Assembly (NCBI GenBank): GCA_965203295.1
Contig: CBDBCZ010000012.1
Span: forward strand, 224,001-288,000
DNA length: 64,000 nt
Reading direction: 5' to 3'
Origin: Nitrospirales bacterium
Lineage (GTDB): Bacteria; Nitrospirota; Nitrospiria; Nitrospirales; UBA8639
Part shown: piece after piece, positions 1 to 12,254 of the stretch
Position numbering within the stretch: position 1 is the stretch's first letter
Layout: the number at the start of each line of letters is the position of its first letter
The notes under the pieces: generated by a model
The model's database searches: none
The model's input: the letters and a program-made list of their open reading frames with translations, nothing else
Told to the model about the DNA's origin: nothing
Made by a program: the position numbers and the translations under genes

Positions 1-863
1 ACTATATACCAGAGGAAAATGTCCTCACCCCCAAAGGAAGACGCGTAACTTCTACATGGGCCTGTAATTACTTCACTAATTAAGGATGGAAAGACAATTC
101 AGGTAGTGATGAGCCTAATGGAAACATATAGCCACAGCAGAATGGTCCATAGTAGCCTTAACTCCTTGCATGCGAGAGGCCTGTAATTACAAATAGATAT
201 TCATGACCTATATGCTGGAAGTCATTTCGAACAACAAACACAAAAGTAACAGCCAGATCGTTGATACACGGTACATAGAGCACTTGCAGGATCAAGCACT
301 AAGGCTTTCAGTGGCCGTATTCAAGGCATGGACTATCCATCTAACCACTCTACTTCATAAGTGGGGACATAAGCAGCACGGAAAGGTTCTGGCTATATAC
401 CATGCTAAGGCTTGCTAGTACACTCAAGACTTGCTGTCTACACTTTCTGGTTTAGAACAGCTGAAAATTCAATGCATTGGCTTCTTTTGCATTCATATAA
501 AGACCACACAAACTCTTCCATGGCTGGGAGTCACCAATAGCTGTTTTGTCTACTAAACACTCACAGCACGTTCTACTCAGACACTAATGAAATGCATTAG
601 GTAAATTAATTTGCATGCGGTGATGCACAAGATGTAATTGTCGTGTGCACTGCCACTGTTAGCATAAAAGAGCTTGGTCAATAAGTTGGCATCTTCAAAT
701 GTGAGCAGCTCTGCAGAGGAAGGAGCTGGTGCAACTAATAAGACCTGATACAAGTATAATACGTATGTGCTAAGGTCTGATGTACTGAGTGGGCATGATA
801 CTGCATGTAGCTATCAATTTTTACTAGAGTGTATAGCACAATAGCTGTGATACATGTTATATT

Positions 864-1639
864 TGTACCATGGGTTTCAAGGTGTATGGGATTTGTACCC
901 GAGGGCGAAGCCCAAGGGAAGGCATACTACTGCACGAGGGTACAAATCCCATACACCTTAGAAACCCATGGTACAGATGACTTGTGCCATAGTAGCTTTT
1001 ATAGTACCAGCTAATTGTTTCACAGTTTTGAGAAGAAGCCACAGTTGCCCAGCAACCCTCATGTACCCTGGGGTACATGGATGTACCCTGGCTTGAAAGG
1101 CACCGCCTAAGTACATGGGGTTTGTACACTATGGCGGTGCCTTTCAAGTGACTTACAACTATGGTACAAATACAAATGTACGTAAAGTTGTTTGAATTTA
1201 TAAGGCATGCACTCCGTCTTTACATCACAGGAACTGAGTGATGAGGCATTAAGAGAAGATATGATTAGGAAGCACTTCACATCCAGAATAGCTGAGCTCA
1301 ATACTAAGGTAAACTTGTATACTTGTACCATAATGCACCTCTACATGAAAGGCACCGCCCAGGGTATATCAGCCATATACCCTAGCGGCTCGTTTGAACT
1401 GTCAATATACCCTAGGGTATATGGTTGCCAGGCAACTAATGCTTCTCCATTAGCGCTTGTCATAACTAACAGCGTTTGTAATTGTATTATGGTACAAGTC
1501 ACCTGTACCATGGGTTTCTAGGGTGTATGGGTTTGTACTCTTCGTGCAGTTATATGTATTTCCTCGGGCTGCGCCCTCGGGAATACATATAACTGCCCTC
1601 AGAGTACAAATCCCATACACCCTAGAAACCCATGGTACA
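864..1639. mobile_element. Cluster of four fold-back MITE-like modules: A 864-975, B ~982-1169, B' ~1321-1499, A' 1504-1639
   Basis: Each module is bounded by TGT(A/G)CCAT...ATGGTACA. A and A' are long hairpins (TGTACCATGGGTTTC...GAAACCCATGGTACA). B and B' are inverted relatives sharing TGAAAGGCACCGCC. Confidence 0.7.
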
Positions 1640-4495
1640 ACTATTACTTGTCTGATAGCTTAACCATTTCTATTCTTACTGCATGTACATATATACGCCT
1701 TGTACTTGGAAGTATGTAGTAAGTGGTGTATTTGTACCCCAAGGCGTATATATGTTCCCTGGAGGAAATGACCAACTAGCATCAAATACAGACTGTCAAG
1801 ACACAAAATCTTGGCTACAAGTTGCGAAACACTCAATCACAGTAATCGTAGCAAGAGTGAAAGACTGTCAGTAGCTACATCACTGATTTATCATTGTCTA
1901 ATGTCGCTGGAAAGGTGAGCACTGTCTTGTACTATTCGCTGGAAAGAGCAGGTATGATCTTGATCTAATACTTCAGTCCGAGCATGTGCTTTTACGTTCA
2001 CTGGTCACGACTTAAAAGTACATCGAAGTTTATTATTGCGTAGAAAGAGTAAGTGTCATCTTATACTATTTGCAGGAAGGAGCAAGTATCCTAAGATTGC
2101 TTTACATTTTTTGCGTTTATTTGTTTGTTTGTGCGTCCACACTTATCACGTGTGCAATACAGTATGCCATACGTTACTGTGCAACTGCAGTATATAGTAG
2201 GTTGTAGGCCAAGCTATAGCAAATGGAGGTATTTGTGTGTTCACTGTGTTGCCAAGACGGCGAAAATATGGTAGGCAGCTGTTAAAATTCTGTTTTCGTT
2301 ATGTATAGCTACTATCTGTAAGCGCACAACAAGACTGCCAAGTCAACACTTTCACTGTACTGCGTTGGATTGCTTATCAGTTTTTGCAGGATGCCTAAAG
2401 GCTATTGTAGCTATAAGTTGTAGTTTTACAGCTGCAGTTAGCTTGGCCTGAGCTGAGTTGTGTGTACTGTATGGGAAAGGTTCCCAGGTGTTTTTTTTAG
2501 ACATGAAATGTCAAACTTGTTACATTAATAGGTCATAGGTTAAAGTATATGCGGGAGTGCACGCATGCGGCTTTGGTTTTCGTCACATACCTACACATGA
2601 ACACAACTCACACCTGGACAAATCCATATGATACATGTATCTGCTTGATACAGTAGCTTGAGGGTACAGTGGAACCTCTATTATCCGAACACCTTGATCC
2701 ATAGGTTGGATGAGACAGCTCACATTAGGTGGTAAAAATTTACCAAAGATTTTATCGTTATAACTCTGCAGCATCTGGATGGGCTGAGCAATTATCCAGA
2801 ACTAGTATTGCACTGGGTTCTTCACCAAGCTTTTCTTTGATGTATTGGACAAAATTATGATGGAACCAGTCAAGAAAGAAGTCGGTGGTTATCCAAGATG
2901 TTTTTTGGCCAGATTACTTCCCTGTCAATAGATCCATCTTCAATCCTTGAAACACTGTGGACGTTGTGCCTTACCGAGCAAATGGAGAGGTAGCCATGTG
3001 GTGCTCGAAATGTTACTGCATACATTCAGATAGACATGTTCCTTCGCCTTTTTTTCCATCATTTATCTTTTCGAATGATGTAGCCATAGTGACATCTGGT
3101 GGGATTTGAACGTTTAAACCAGTTTCATCACAGTTGAAGACCTGATTATGATTAGCTGCTTCCTTGTCAACTGAAAGCTTCTCTTTCTAAACAGAGAGAA
3201 TTTGGATCCCATGCCTTTTGCAAAACCTCCACTTTCATCCTTCACTTCCACTGAATCCTGCTGCTTCTCTATGTAGAAGTTTGCTGAGCTCAACAGCCTT
3301 CTCACACAGCATTGGTCCACTGACCGGGGCTCCCTCCATCCCCTTCTGCCTAAACCACAGATACTCCACTCTGCCTTGTCTAGCTTCTTGTCATTACCTA
3401 ACTTTGGCTTTCCTACTCATTTCCATGCTTACCATCTCACTCTTGAAACCAAGGATCTTCTGTTGGTTCTTTTTTAATATCAGCATCAGTGCTCCTTTCT
3501 ATCCCATGCTTCTCACTTTTTACAGTGTAAGAAACAGACTTTTCCAGCAGTTTTATCACCTCTACTTTTATCGAAGCAATCAACAGAACAACTCTTTTAT
3601 GCTTTGTAGTAGCCTTGAACTGCAAAAGGAACAAAGAAACTCGAAGAAACTCTTGAAGAAACTAGCTAGTCAATGCACATGCACTTTGATCTCTGAACTT
3701 CATTACAACTTTTCAATCTAGATAATCGAGGTGCCGGATAATCGAGGTTTGGATAATCAAGACTCCACTGTACTAATATTTGGTGGGTTTGTGTGGGTAC
3801 AAGAAATTTGGAAATGGCAAAATAAGTGTTTATGTTCAAAGGGAACTTATGTACTTCCAAGATTACAACCGTAACTGTTTTTGTCTCACTTTGTAGCTCC
3901 AAGAAGTGGATAGCAAAGCAGCCTATAATTATGCCGAGGTATGTTTTGTTTGAGCTGGTATGCACACTGCCAAGTGTAAGTGTATTGTTGGTGAGCCAGC
4001 TGAGAGATGCTGATGTAATGAATTGTGTATGCTCAAGCCCAATGCCTTCACTGCTAGGCCACTACATGGCTTTTGGCTGTATGTCCTTGCAGTGCTATTA
4101 GCTTTGTCTCTCTTGATCATGCCTTCATATCATTTATGCATGCCCCTTAATCTTTTGTATGTGGCAGTGTACCATATCATTTCTAATTACTCGTCCAAAT
4201 TATTATTTTTGGTTAATGAATTCATTTGAGGATATAAATTATGAGCAGTGGTGAATAAACAGAAAATTAGTCTGAAAAACTGACAGCATTCACTCTTCAC
4301 TTGCAATGTTAATATTCAACACGGCAGTTCTATTACACAAGCCATGAGCTCTCCATGCTTTCTTCCACTTCTGCTACTTTGCAAACTTCAGCATTTAGCA
4401 GTGGCAGTATATCCACAATCTACAAATGAGCGTGCACACACACAGCAACCAAAGATATAGCCACAACAGGCAGTAAGCTTGTTAAACTGCAACAG
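1231..4495 (+). pseudogene. PPP1R21: PPP1R21 (KLRAQ1/CCDC128)-like C-terminal exons 1231-1308, 3897-3938 and 4402-4495
   Basis: AG/GT-bounded exons translate to ELSDEALREDMIRKHFTSRIAELNTK, then LQEVDSKAAYNYAE, then WQYIH...KDIATTGSKLVKLQQ. This is colinear with the recalled PPP1R21 C-terminus (REDLIKNHYMARIVELTSQLQLADSKSVHFYAEC...). The third exon is 94 nt (frameshifted) and no later exons are seen. Confidence 0.7.
2667..3770 (-). mobile_element. Internally deleted, decayed Tigger/pogo DNA transposon
   Basis: TA-flanked TIRs CAGTGGAACCTCTATTATCC ... GGATAATCAAGACTCCACTG. Minus-strand remnants of the CENP-B HTH (KRVVL..KVEVIKLLEK; YLWFRQK..G.PVSGPMLCEKA) and DDE_1 motifs (LDNCSAHP; FLPPNVSCLIQPMDQGV), with stops and frameshifts. 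Confidence 0.9.
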
Positions 4496-4522
4496 GTAAA
4501 TGATGCTTGCACTCACTCCCAG

Positions 4523-5013
4523 CCATAGACATCCAGTCCTGTGGTGTCACTACTGGTGGGGCAGTCAGTCTTCTGGAAGTACTGAAAGTGAACACATGTC
4601 TCATAGTGCTTGACCTGAGAGCAAACCCCTTGATTGGTATGTAGAGGTGTGTGTGTGTGTGTGCTATGTGAAGCTAGCTATAGCCTCATTCTCGTCTCCA
4701 CTCCCCAGCTTTTTGCACATAGTGTGTAGTGTGTTGTACTATGTGTAAAAGGTGTGAGACTATATACTGGTGTTCTTGTCTCTCTCACAAAGGAGCTGCA
4801 GCTTTCCCATATTCCGTGCCGGCCATTACACTATCTCGGTGTCTGAAAATGCAGCTTTAAATACTATCTGGGGATTTTACTGCTGTGTTTAGTATCAATG
4901 TATTTTCAAAGCAGCTTTCAGTCTGCCTTTATTTCTGCCCAGATGATTATGTGGTAGACTCCATCTGTGAGCAACTGTCTGTTAATGTTGCAAGTGTGAG
5001 AGATAAAGATGAG
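4523..5013 (+). pseudogene. CEP78: CEP78-like internal LRR exons 4523-4636 and 4943-5013
   Basis: Phase-compatible AG/GT exons translate to [38 protein letters not shown] + DDYVVDSICEQLSVN, similar to the recalled CEP78 [39 protein letters not shown]. Flanking CEP78 exons are not recognisable here. Confidence 0.75.
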
Positions 5014-5508
5014 GTTTGCAGTACATATACAACATATCCTTCTAGTGGCATGCTCATTGTAGTGCCATACACTTATGTTAAATGGCACCTCTTGCAATAG
5101 CGTGGATGTTGTCTTCATGAAAGAATTGAAACAAGTGCTGGGAAGACCAACAACTTACGGCAAATGAAGCGTAAATCACATTGCACCACTTCCAATTCCA
5201 GTGAGGAAATTCTAATTAGCATGTTTGGAAAACGATTTTTAAATTTTCTTAAATAGTTTATGTTGATGTTCTAGGGCAATAAGTGTATAACCGTCAATAT
5301 CTATTGCAACAATACAATGAAAGAAAATTGATAAAACAATACATGACAACAATTAAATTTTCAAGTTCAGAAAATACAGTAATGAGTCAGCGGCTGAGTC
5401 AAGATGTGTCCTTATCCATGATCAGTCCCTCTGTGTACTACTTGGGAATACTTTAATTATAGCACAGCACAGTATGAGATAGCACATAGTGTGCGATGCA
5501 ATTAATGC

Positions 5509-5757
5509 TGCAGAAGGCAAACTGCAGTACATTACTTGCTATAATTATATTACTGTATCCTAAATTGATTAGCTTATTACACATATAGAAAGTATGTATT
5601 GCCAACTACATGTATGTACGTACATATCATGCAGAAGGCAAACTGCAGCATATTACTTGCAATGCTATATATATATTATTGTATCCTAAAATAATTAGCA
5701 TATTACATGTATAGAAATTGTGTATTGACAACTACATGTATGTACATACATATCATG
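5509..5757. repeat. Two-copy tandem duplication, unit ~120 bp
   Basis: TGCAGAAGGCAAACTGCAG...CAACTACATGTATGTAC occurs at ~5509 and ~5630. Confidence 0.85.
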
Positions 5758-6903
5758 TATAGGCTTATAAACTCATGCAACCTGCACTGTTGTAATACAA
5801 CACTTGGCCTACTACTAAGAGCCTATACTATATATTGATACGTACATAGCCCATGTTCTATCCAGACAGTGATAGCCATACAAAGCCACATTAGTGTCAG
5901 CGTGAGCTGCTGGAGTAGAGAAAGCAAAGTGTGACTGCCCTAGTTTGAATAGGGCTGAAAGAAGGTGAACAGATGAACCCGCTGTGATTGTCTCAAACCT
6001 TCTCATCATTCTTTGAAGGAATCTTCATCAATTACTAAGAGCCTCAGATGTTCTTCAGTTTCCTTAGTCTCTTTTGCCTAATTTCTGCTCTCTGAGCACA
6101 CCTCAAACTATGCTAACCATTGGTGGATTACAATACTTAAACTTCCTGCACCAATATACGTAGCTCTCTCTTCTTAATGTCATAATTCCATTGATTTTAA
6201 CACAAGTGTTCTCAGGCACCACAATATTATTTGCTGTTGTACTCACAGCTGGGCAGCTCATAAGCAGTAATCACTTACAAATTATACCACACTCGGGTTT
6301 AGTAGAGACGGCAGTACACTAGGATCTCCACCCCCAAGAATTTAGAAAAAAATTCCATTGATTTGAACACAAGTGTTTGGTAGTGGACTAGCAGCCAAAG
6401 TTCAGTACCCATCTAGGCATCTATTTTCTTCAAACATTTTGGGTTTGTTATAGAGGGCAGTACACTGGGATCTCCACCACCAAAAATTTAGAAAAAAATA
6501 ATGTCATAATTCCATTGATAGTCCAGTACCCCAATTCCATTTCTAGGCACTATTTTTTCAAATATTTTCTAGAAGATATGCCCCCTGTAGAAGAGCATAC
6601 ATGTACTGTACATGCAGCATATTTCACGTGTGTGTGTTCACTATTCGTCTCCCCCCTCCACCAAAGAATCCTGTATGAAACCCTACACACTAAGTAGCAT
6701 GTCCTTGCAACTTGTTGAGCTGTACACCTGTATCTGTGCTCAGCAAAGCATCTTCCACTTCTAGCTCTCAGGCCCATGTTATGGTGGCACTTACTAGTAG
6801 GCCCCAACTGTAGTTACCGTCTCAAGTTGTTACTTTAGTCTGCTAAATGACGGAAGTTCTTTGTAGTTCTTGACCCGTTCTGTCATACCTTTCTTTCCTT
6901 CAG

Positions 6904-9900
6904 AGAACAAGTGGGTGCAGCAGCAGATTCCAGCGTGCCGTCCTGTCTTCACAGCCCGTCATGTGTCTTTTGTCTTCTTCATTGTTGGGGTGATCTTCCT
7001 TGCTCTCGGAGTTACCTTTCTCGTTGTTGCAATGAGGGTAAGTGACCTAACATAACAGTGATGTTTATTTGCATGTACATGTAGATTCAAGTAAGAGCCC
7101 TCTGAATTATACCAGTCAAGTCTTAACCATTAACCATGAGCTACATGTTAATTAGACCATGGTTTATCCTAAGCATTATCACATAATTCCAAGGGTGAAA
7201 CCCGAGGGATTGTGTGTGTATTTACTTTACAGCCCGCCAGTAGACATGGACTAACCGGCTTGTATCTTGAGCACTGGCCTAACCAACTCTGGTAGTTTAG
7301 CCTCGTTCTCTGTACCATCCCTGAGACTAGCACTATCAATATTAGTGTTGATGAAGCGTCAAATCGCCTACTTTATAGTAGGTGATTTACAGTCTGCACT
7401 ATCGGGTGAAGTTTGTACAGCCTATAGTAGGTACTGTTGAGGCCAGAAAATATGGAGTGGCGATGTGTACATATTTTGGAGAGCTACAAAAATTTTATAT
7501 AATAGAGATTCAATTAAGATCACACGTGGAAACAAGGTGTCCTCTATAGGGAATACCCGTTGAGCACTGTAGCTTTTAAGCTAACAGTACACTTGGCCAT
7601 ACATATATCACCCTGTTGGCATGTACATGTACATGTGTATGTGGCGTTACTTTATAGTAAGACTCAGCCAATTTCTACTGATAGTATTAGTATTCCACTG
7701 CTGTTGTTGTATATTGTTGCTGTATACTGTTGTTTTTTTATCCCATCTATACTCAGATACGTGAAGTGGAAGTTCCCTACACTAATTGTGAACGAGTTCC
7801 TAGTGATGTCCCTTTCATACGTAACTTCCAGACGTGTTCCGAGTAGCTGGCCAATATAAGTAACATTGAGAGGCGTGATTTTGAAGACTGCCACTGCCGG
7901 GTGAATTTCACTGTCCCAGAGGAGCTGCGCTCTCCGTGGTACATGTACTATGGTCTTGGCAACTACTTCCAGAACCACCGTCGCTACGTCAACTCCTGGG
8001 ATTTGAAACGGCTGCGAGGAAATCGAGGGAGCTTCTTGAACCCCTCTGATGACTGTAACCCCATACGGAATGTTGAGAACTCTAATGGCACACGTATGCC
8101 TGTTGTACCTTGTGGACTCATTGCAAACAGCTTGTTCAATGGTGAGCATACTTTAACAAGTTTGCTTACTTAGGGTCAGGATTAATTAGTAGATTGTTTG
8201 TTGTGAGTGGAGTGGAATTTCCACTATAAACAATGCATGGACTCTCTGAGTCTACTAGCAAATATAGTGGGAGCGAACTTTCCAAAGAAATTTCTAACGC
8301 CAAATGCAGATTTTGGTTTTGATGGATTACTAGATATCTATATGTACATATATGACTTTTGCTTCACCATACTGCATCTTCAGTGATGGCCCATCTCACT
8401 TTTAAAATGTTAATACAATGCTTTTCTAGATCTGGCAAAATGCGAACAGTCAATGTTTTGTGCACTCCAATGTAGTGATTAGAGTGGATCGTGCGTGCAT
8501 AGTAAAATTTCTGAACACACCTGTGTGTAGTTTGTCCTTGTAGACGTCTGAGTTTAAGTATGTGGGCTGTGTAAATTATTATTGTGTTTGTCTCTCCTTC
8601 TAGACTCCTTTGATATGTTTATGAATCGTGATACGGGTGAGAACATGACCTGCTCTAATAGAACCAACATTGCCTGGGATACTGACTGTAGTGTTCGCTT
8701 CCAAAACCCAAACGGCGCCCCTGAGGTCAGCCCTGAGGATCTTGTTGACACCACCATGCCCCCCAACTGGCCGTATAATCTCTCAGAAATTCCTGGGGGA
8801 CTGGAGAACGAGAGCTTTATTGTTTGGTTTCGTGTGTCAGCATTTCCGAAATTCCGCAAACTGTATGGCTGACTGCAAGAGAATGGTTCCAATGATATTA
8901 ATCTCCCTGCAGGAAACTACTCCATTTTTCTCACTTACAGTATCCTTCATATTAATGCAATAGTCGTATACATTGTACGTGGCCTCGTTCCTAAGCTCAC
9001 CACATTTCATACTGCAAGTGACTAAAACTGGGTTGAGGCATGGGAAGAAGGCTAGCATGTATGACTGTGGTCCTAGTTGGAAAGTGAACATATTCTGTTA
9101 CATATTTTGATCATGTCACTACATTAATGCAGAACACGATGACTGTTATGGGTAGGGCTCAAATGTGATGTGTAGTTGCATCAGTAGTTATTCCATGTAC
9201 ACTGTGCATTTGAGCCCCACCCATTAACAGAAAGTAAGCAATATAAGACATTGAATGCAGTGACAATCTTGGTAGAATAATGCTCATGGGACTGCCACAT
9301 ATTAGTCTAACTTGAAGCATGATGTCATCGCTAAAACAGCTTACTGAAGTTCTTGTACATAATGAAGTGGACAAGATATTTAAGTGACTCCTTGCTTGAT
9401 AGCCATTTGCTGGTGATGTATATGTAGCCTCCTCTCTGTGTGGTAGCTATGTAGCATGCATCTAGCTAGTATAAATCACTTAGCCAGTTCAAGCTGAGAT
9501 TCTTAAGGTGCATATGCAGGTATGTGTATATCTCTGAAAGGTGTTTGCACAGTGTAAGTTAAAGTTATCAGCCAGTTTCCTTAACCTACAGCAGACTACC
9601 CTGTGCGTGAATATAAAGGGACCAAATCTCTCTTCCTTGCTGAGATCTCCTGGCTAGGTGGACGGAACCTGTTCTTAGGCATTGCGTACATTGTGACAGC
9701 AACTCTGTCGATAATTGCAGGCTTGGTGCTGCTACTAATACACTTCGCCTGTTCACACTGGTATGTAGATGTAGTTTCTATTGCCATTGGTTTATGTAGC
9801 TGTGTCCCCAGGCTCTCTCGCAGCAAAAGTTGGGCAGAGGCCTTGTAGGTTTAATGTGTGGGTATTTAATGGACTGAATGAGGGCCACTCCCATAGTCTC

Positions 9901-10357
9901 TGTAAGTGTGTATATAGTTACCATTGCAGTCATGATCTTGACCAGCTAGTGATTGCACTGATTTGTCCATTTGCACAAGGCCTCTCCTGTTGTGCTATTG
10001 ATTTTCAACTGGCACTTTTGTAAGCTTATTCCAAGCCCTCTGCTTATTTGGGTACATGAAGATAAAGACTTTCCTGTTAATGTCCAATGGTGTGGACCTG
10101 GTAATTAATTTAAGGTATATACCATTTTTTCACTCTTTGGCCCACTGTTGTTGAGAACCATGGCAAGCAGTATGATGTTTTGCTACTGTGGACAATTCTA
10201 ACTTCTAAGTAGATACATTAACAGGTACGGATCGAGATGACTGCAGTTGCGATTATAGAGTCTATGGGAGTGATCCTCGGAGGTCGTAGTCCTATCCCAC
10301 CTCGGTTCTACTACAAGTGTCTGTTTTTTCCTTTGCAGGAAACACTCAAGAAATTAA
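6904..10357 (+). pseudogene. TMEM30A: CDC50/TMEM30 family flippase beta-subunit; exons 6904-7037, 7757-8141, 8604-8939, 9595-9760 and probably 10339-10357
   Basis: Spliced translation shows QQQIPACRP+TM1, YYGLGNYFQNHRRYVNS, PCGLIANSLFND, IAWDTD, NESFIVWFRVSAFPKFRKLYG, TYNYPV and SWLGGRNLFLGIAY+TM2. In-frame stops occur at 7844-7846 (TAG) and 8870-8872 (TGA). The start exon was not found. Confidence 0.92.
8940..9594 (+). other. U12-type (minor spliceosome) GT-AG intron
   Basis: Donor GTATCCTT at 8940 and branch site TTTCCTTAAC at 9576-9585, close to the CAGCAG acceptor. Splicing restores TYN-YPV. Confidence 0.9.
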
Positions 10358-10940
10358 AATCCATGAATTGCCTTGAAGCCAGTGGTGCATCAATGCCACT
10401 TGTAATCATCTCATTTTAATTATGTCTATAAAGTTGATGTGTTATACATATTAATATTTGTGTACAGACTGCGGGCTGCGGTTCTAGCAGTAACGGGAGG
10501 GAGGAGCTGACTTCTCACGTGCATGCTAATCGTTAGTACTGTAGTAAGCTTTAATATAGTCTCACGCTAGTGTACGGTCTTGCGTCGCTGCAGAGCAACT
10601 GTGAAGATCCTCAAGAGGTTGGGCTTTCTGAGTGAGTGCATGTTGGTGAGTGTAAAGCTTAGCAGGGAATACAGTAGCTTCTTTAAGGTGACCGTAAGGT
10701 AAACTATTAGCAGCAACATCATCATCACCATAAACCATTACTGATTCTCCAACTGAAACTAGTATGACTCAATGAATTACTCCACAATGGCGTATATACC
10801 AAGAGCCAAATGTGCGGGACAGCCAAAGACACTAGTGTTAGTAAAATACAGAGGCTGAGGATCATTACAAAATGATTGGACATGTGCCTGACTCACTCGG
10901 CGAGGAGTGCACTCTGGCACTCAATGCCTACGACCTTATA
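10350..10940. repeat. Diverged duplicated segment, partner at ~20983-21478
   Basis: Colinear shared blocks: AATCCATGAA.TGCCTTGAA.CCAGTGG, TTCTCACGTGCATGCTAA, GTACGGTCTTGCG, CAGCAACATCATCA, GATCATTACAAAATGATTGG. Confidence 0.85.
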
Positions 10941-11279
10941 TATAAAGCCAATCAACCTTTCGGTAGCAGGTCAATGCACACTGCCATGCTCAGCGCTATC
11001 TGACATGGTTACACAAGATTCAGCTACTTCTAAGCATGGAGGGTGAGTATGAAACATTCTTTGCTCATTTCTTCCTTGTCAATCATCTTGCCTCCTCTTT
11101 CTTCTGGAGCTTCCAAACTATGCTCAGCATCACTACTGACTCTAGATAGATCTGAGCTGCTTGCTCTGTTCCTTCCTGCTTTACTCTCCTGCACTTCATT
11201 TCTAAATCTCTGCCGAGCTACCAACCATTTAGCAGTGCTTCATATAGAATTGTGTTTTTCACTGTCTCTGTAATGAATA

Positions 11280-12254
11280 AAAAAGTGCAAAAACAAGTTA
11301 TGTAGGGATGCACTTCCACCAAAAAACACTTCCCCAAAAACCAATGAAACAAGCAACAATGCACACCACAATGCATGCACAGACTACCCACATTGTGCAA
11401 TGCATTTACCGCGTAGCTACCATCCCTACATCTTTCCAACCACACCCACCACAACCATGTATACGTATATGTGAGATGTGAAGAGTGGTAGTGTAATTTG
11501 GTGTGTGCGTATTGCTCAATGCTAATGACTGAGCATGTGGTGGTTGTGGAAGGTAGCTGAAACTGTAGAATGTGGACTAGTGAGTCATTGAGGATGGAGT
11601 CATATAATATGGTGTTTGTATAGGGACTTGGGGGGTGTTTGGTTATGCCAGGTGGAGTACTAGTGTTATGAAGTTTGTGAGTGTGTTGTGAGATGCTTGT
11701 GTGTGCAGGTTCTTTGTAGGGGAGGTCAATGTGGGTGTGTTTGGTAAAGTGTAGAAACTTTGTTGAGTGCGTTGTATGGTGGTTGATGTGGGTTGTGTTA
11801 GTTGTGTGTGTAGGTGGCAGTGTGGTGTTGTGAGGAATTGCTCGGCTCAATTGTGCTTGTGAATGGTGGAGAGAAGTGCATTTTGATGAGAGTAGTGCTC
11901 CTGTGAAGGTTTGGGTTGGTTGTAGTGTAGGGTGGTAAAGTATGTGATGATTGTGGATATAAGAAGTAAGGGTGGTTGTTGGATGGAGATGAGGTGTCAT
12001 GGTTGATGATGATTGTGGATGGTTGTGTGTGTTAGAGGAAGTATTCGGTGTGCTGTTGAGTATGGGGGCATGGTACAGATTGTGGTGGGTGTGGTTGGAA
12101 AGATGTAGGGATGGTAGCTACGCGGTAAATGCATTGCACAATGTGGGTAGTCTGTGCATGCATTGTGGTGTGCATTGTTGCTTGTTTCATTGGTTTTTGG
12201 GGAAGTGTTTTTTGGTGGAAGTGCATCCCTACATAACTTGTTTTTGCACTTTTT
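11280..12254. repeat. 175-bp inverted repeat (11280-11454 / 12080-12254) with a 625-bp spacer
   Basis: The arms read as reverse complements. The ORF track shows the identical peptide LWWVWLERCRDG...TCFCTF on both strands. Confidence 0.95.

Noticed and set aside
690..780. Possible additional upstream PPP1R21 exon
   Set aside because: A donor-like GTATGT is present, but I could not obtain a convincing frame or similarity.
3218..3721. 167-aa plus-strand ORF
   Set aside because: It is the antisense shadow of the Tigger transposase remnant.
7664..8892. Minus-strand ORFs of 161 and 112 aa
   Set aside because: They are antisense to CDC50 exons.
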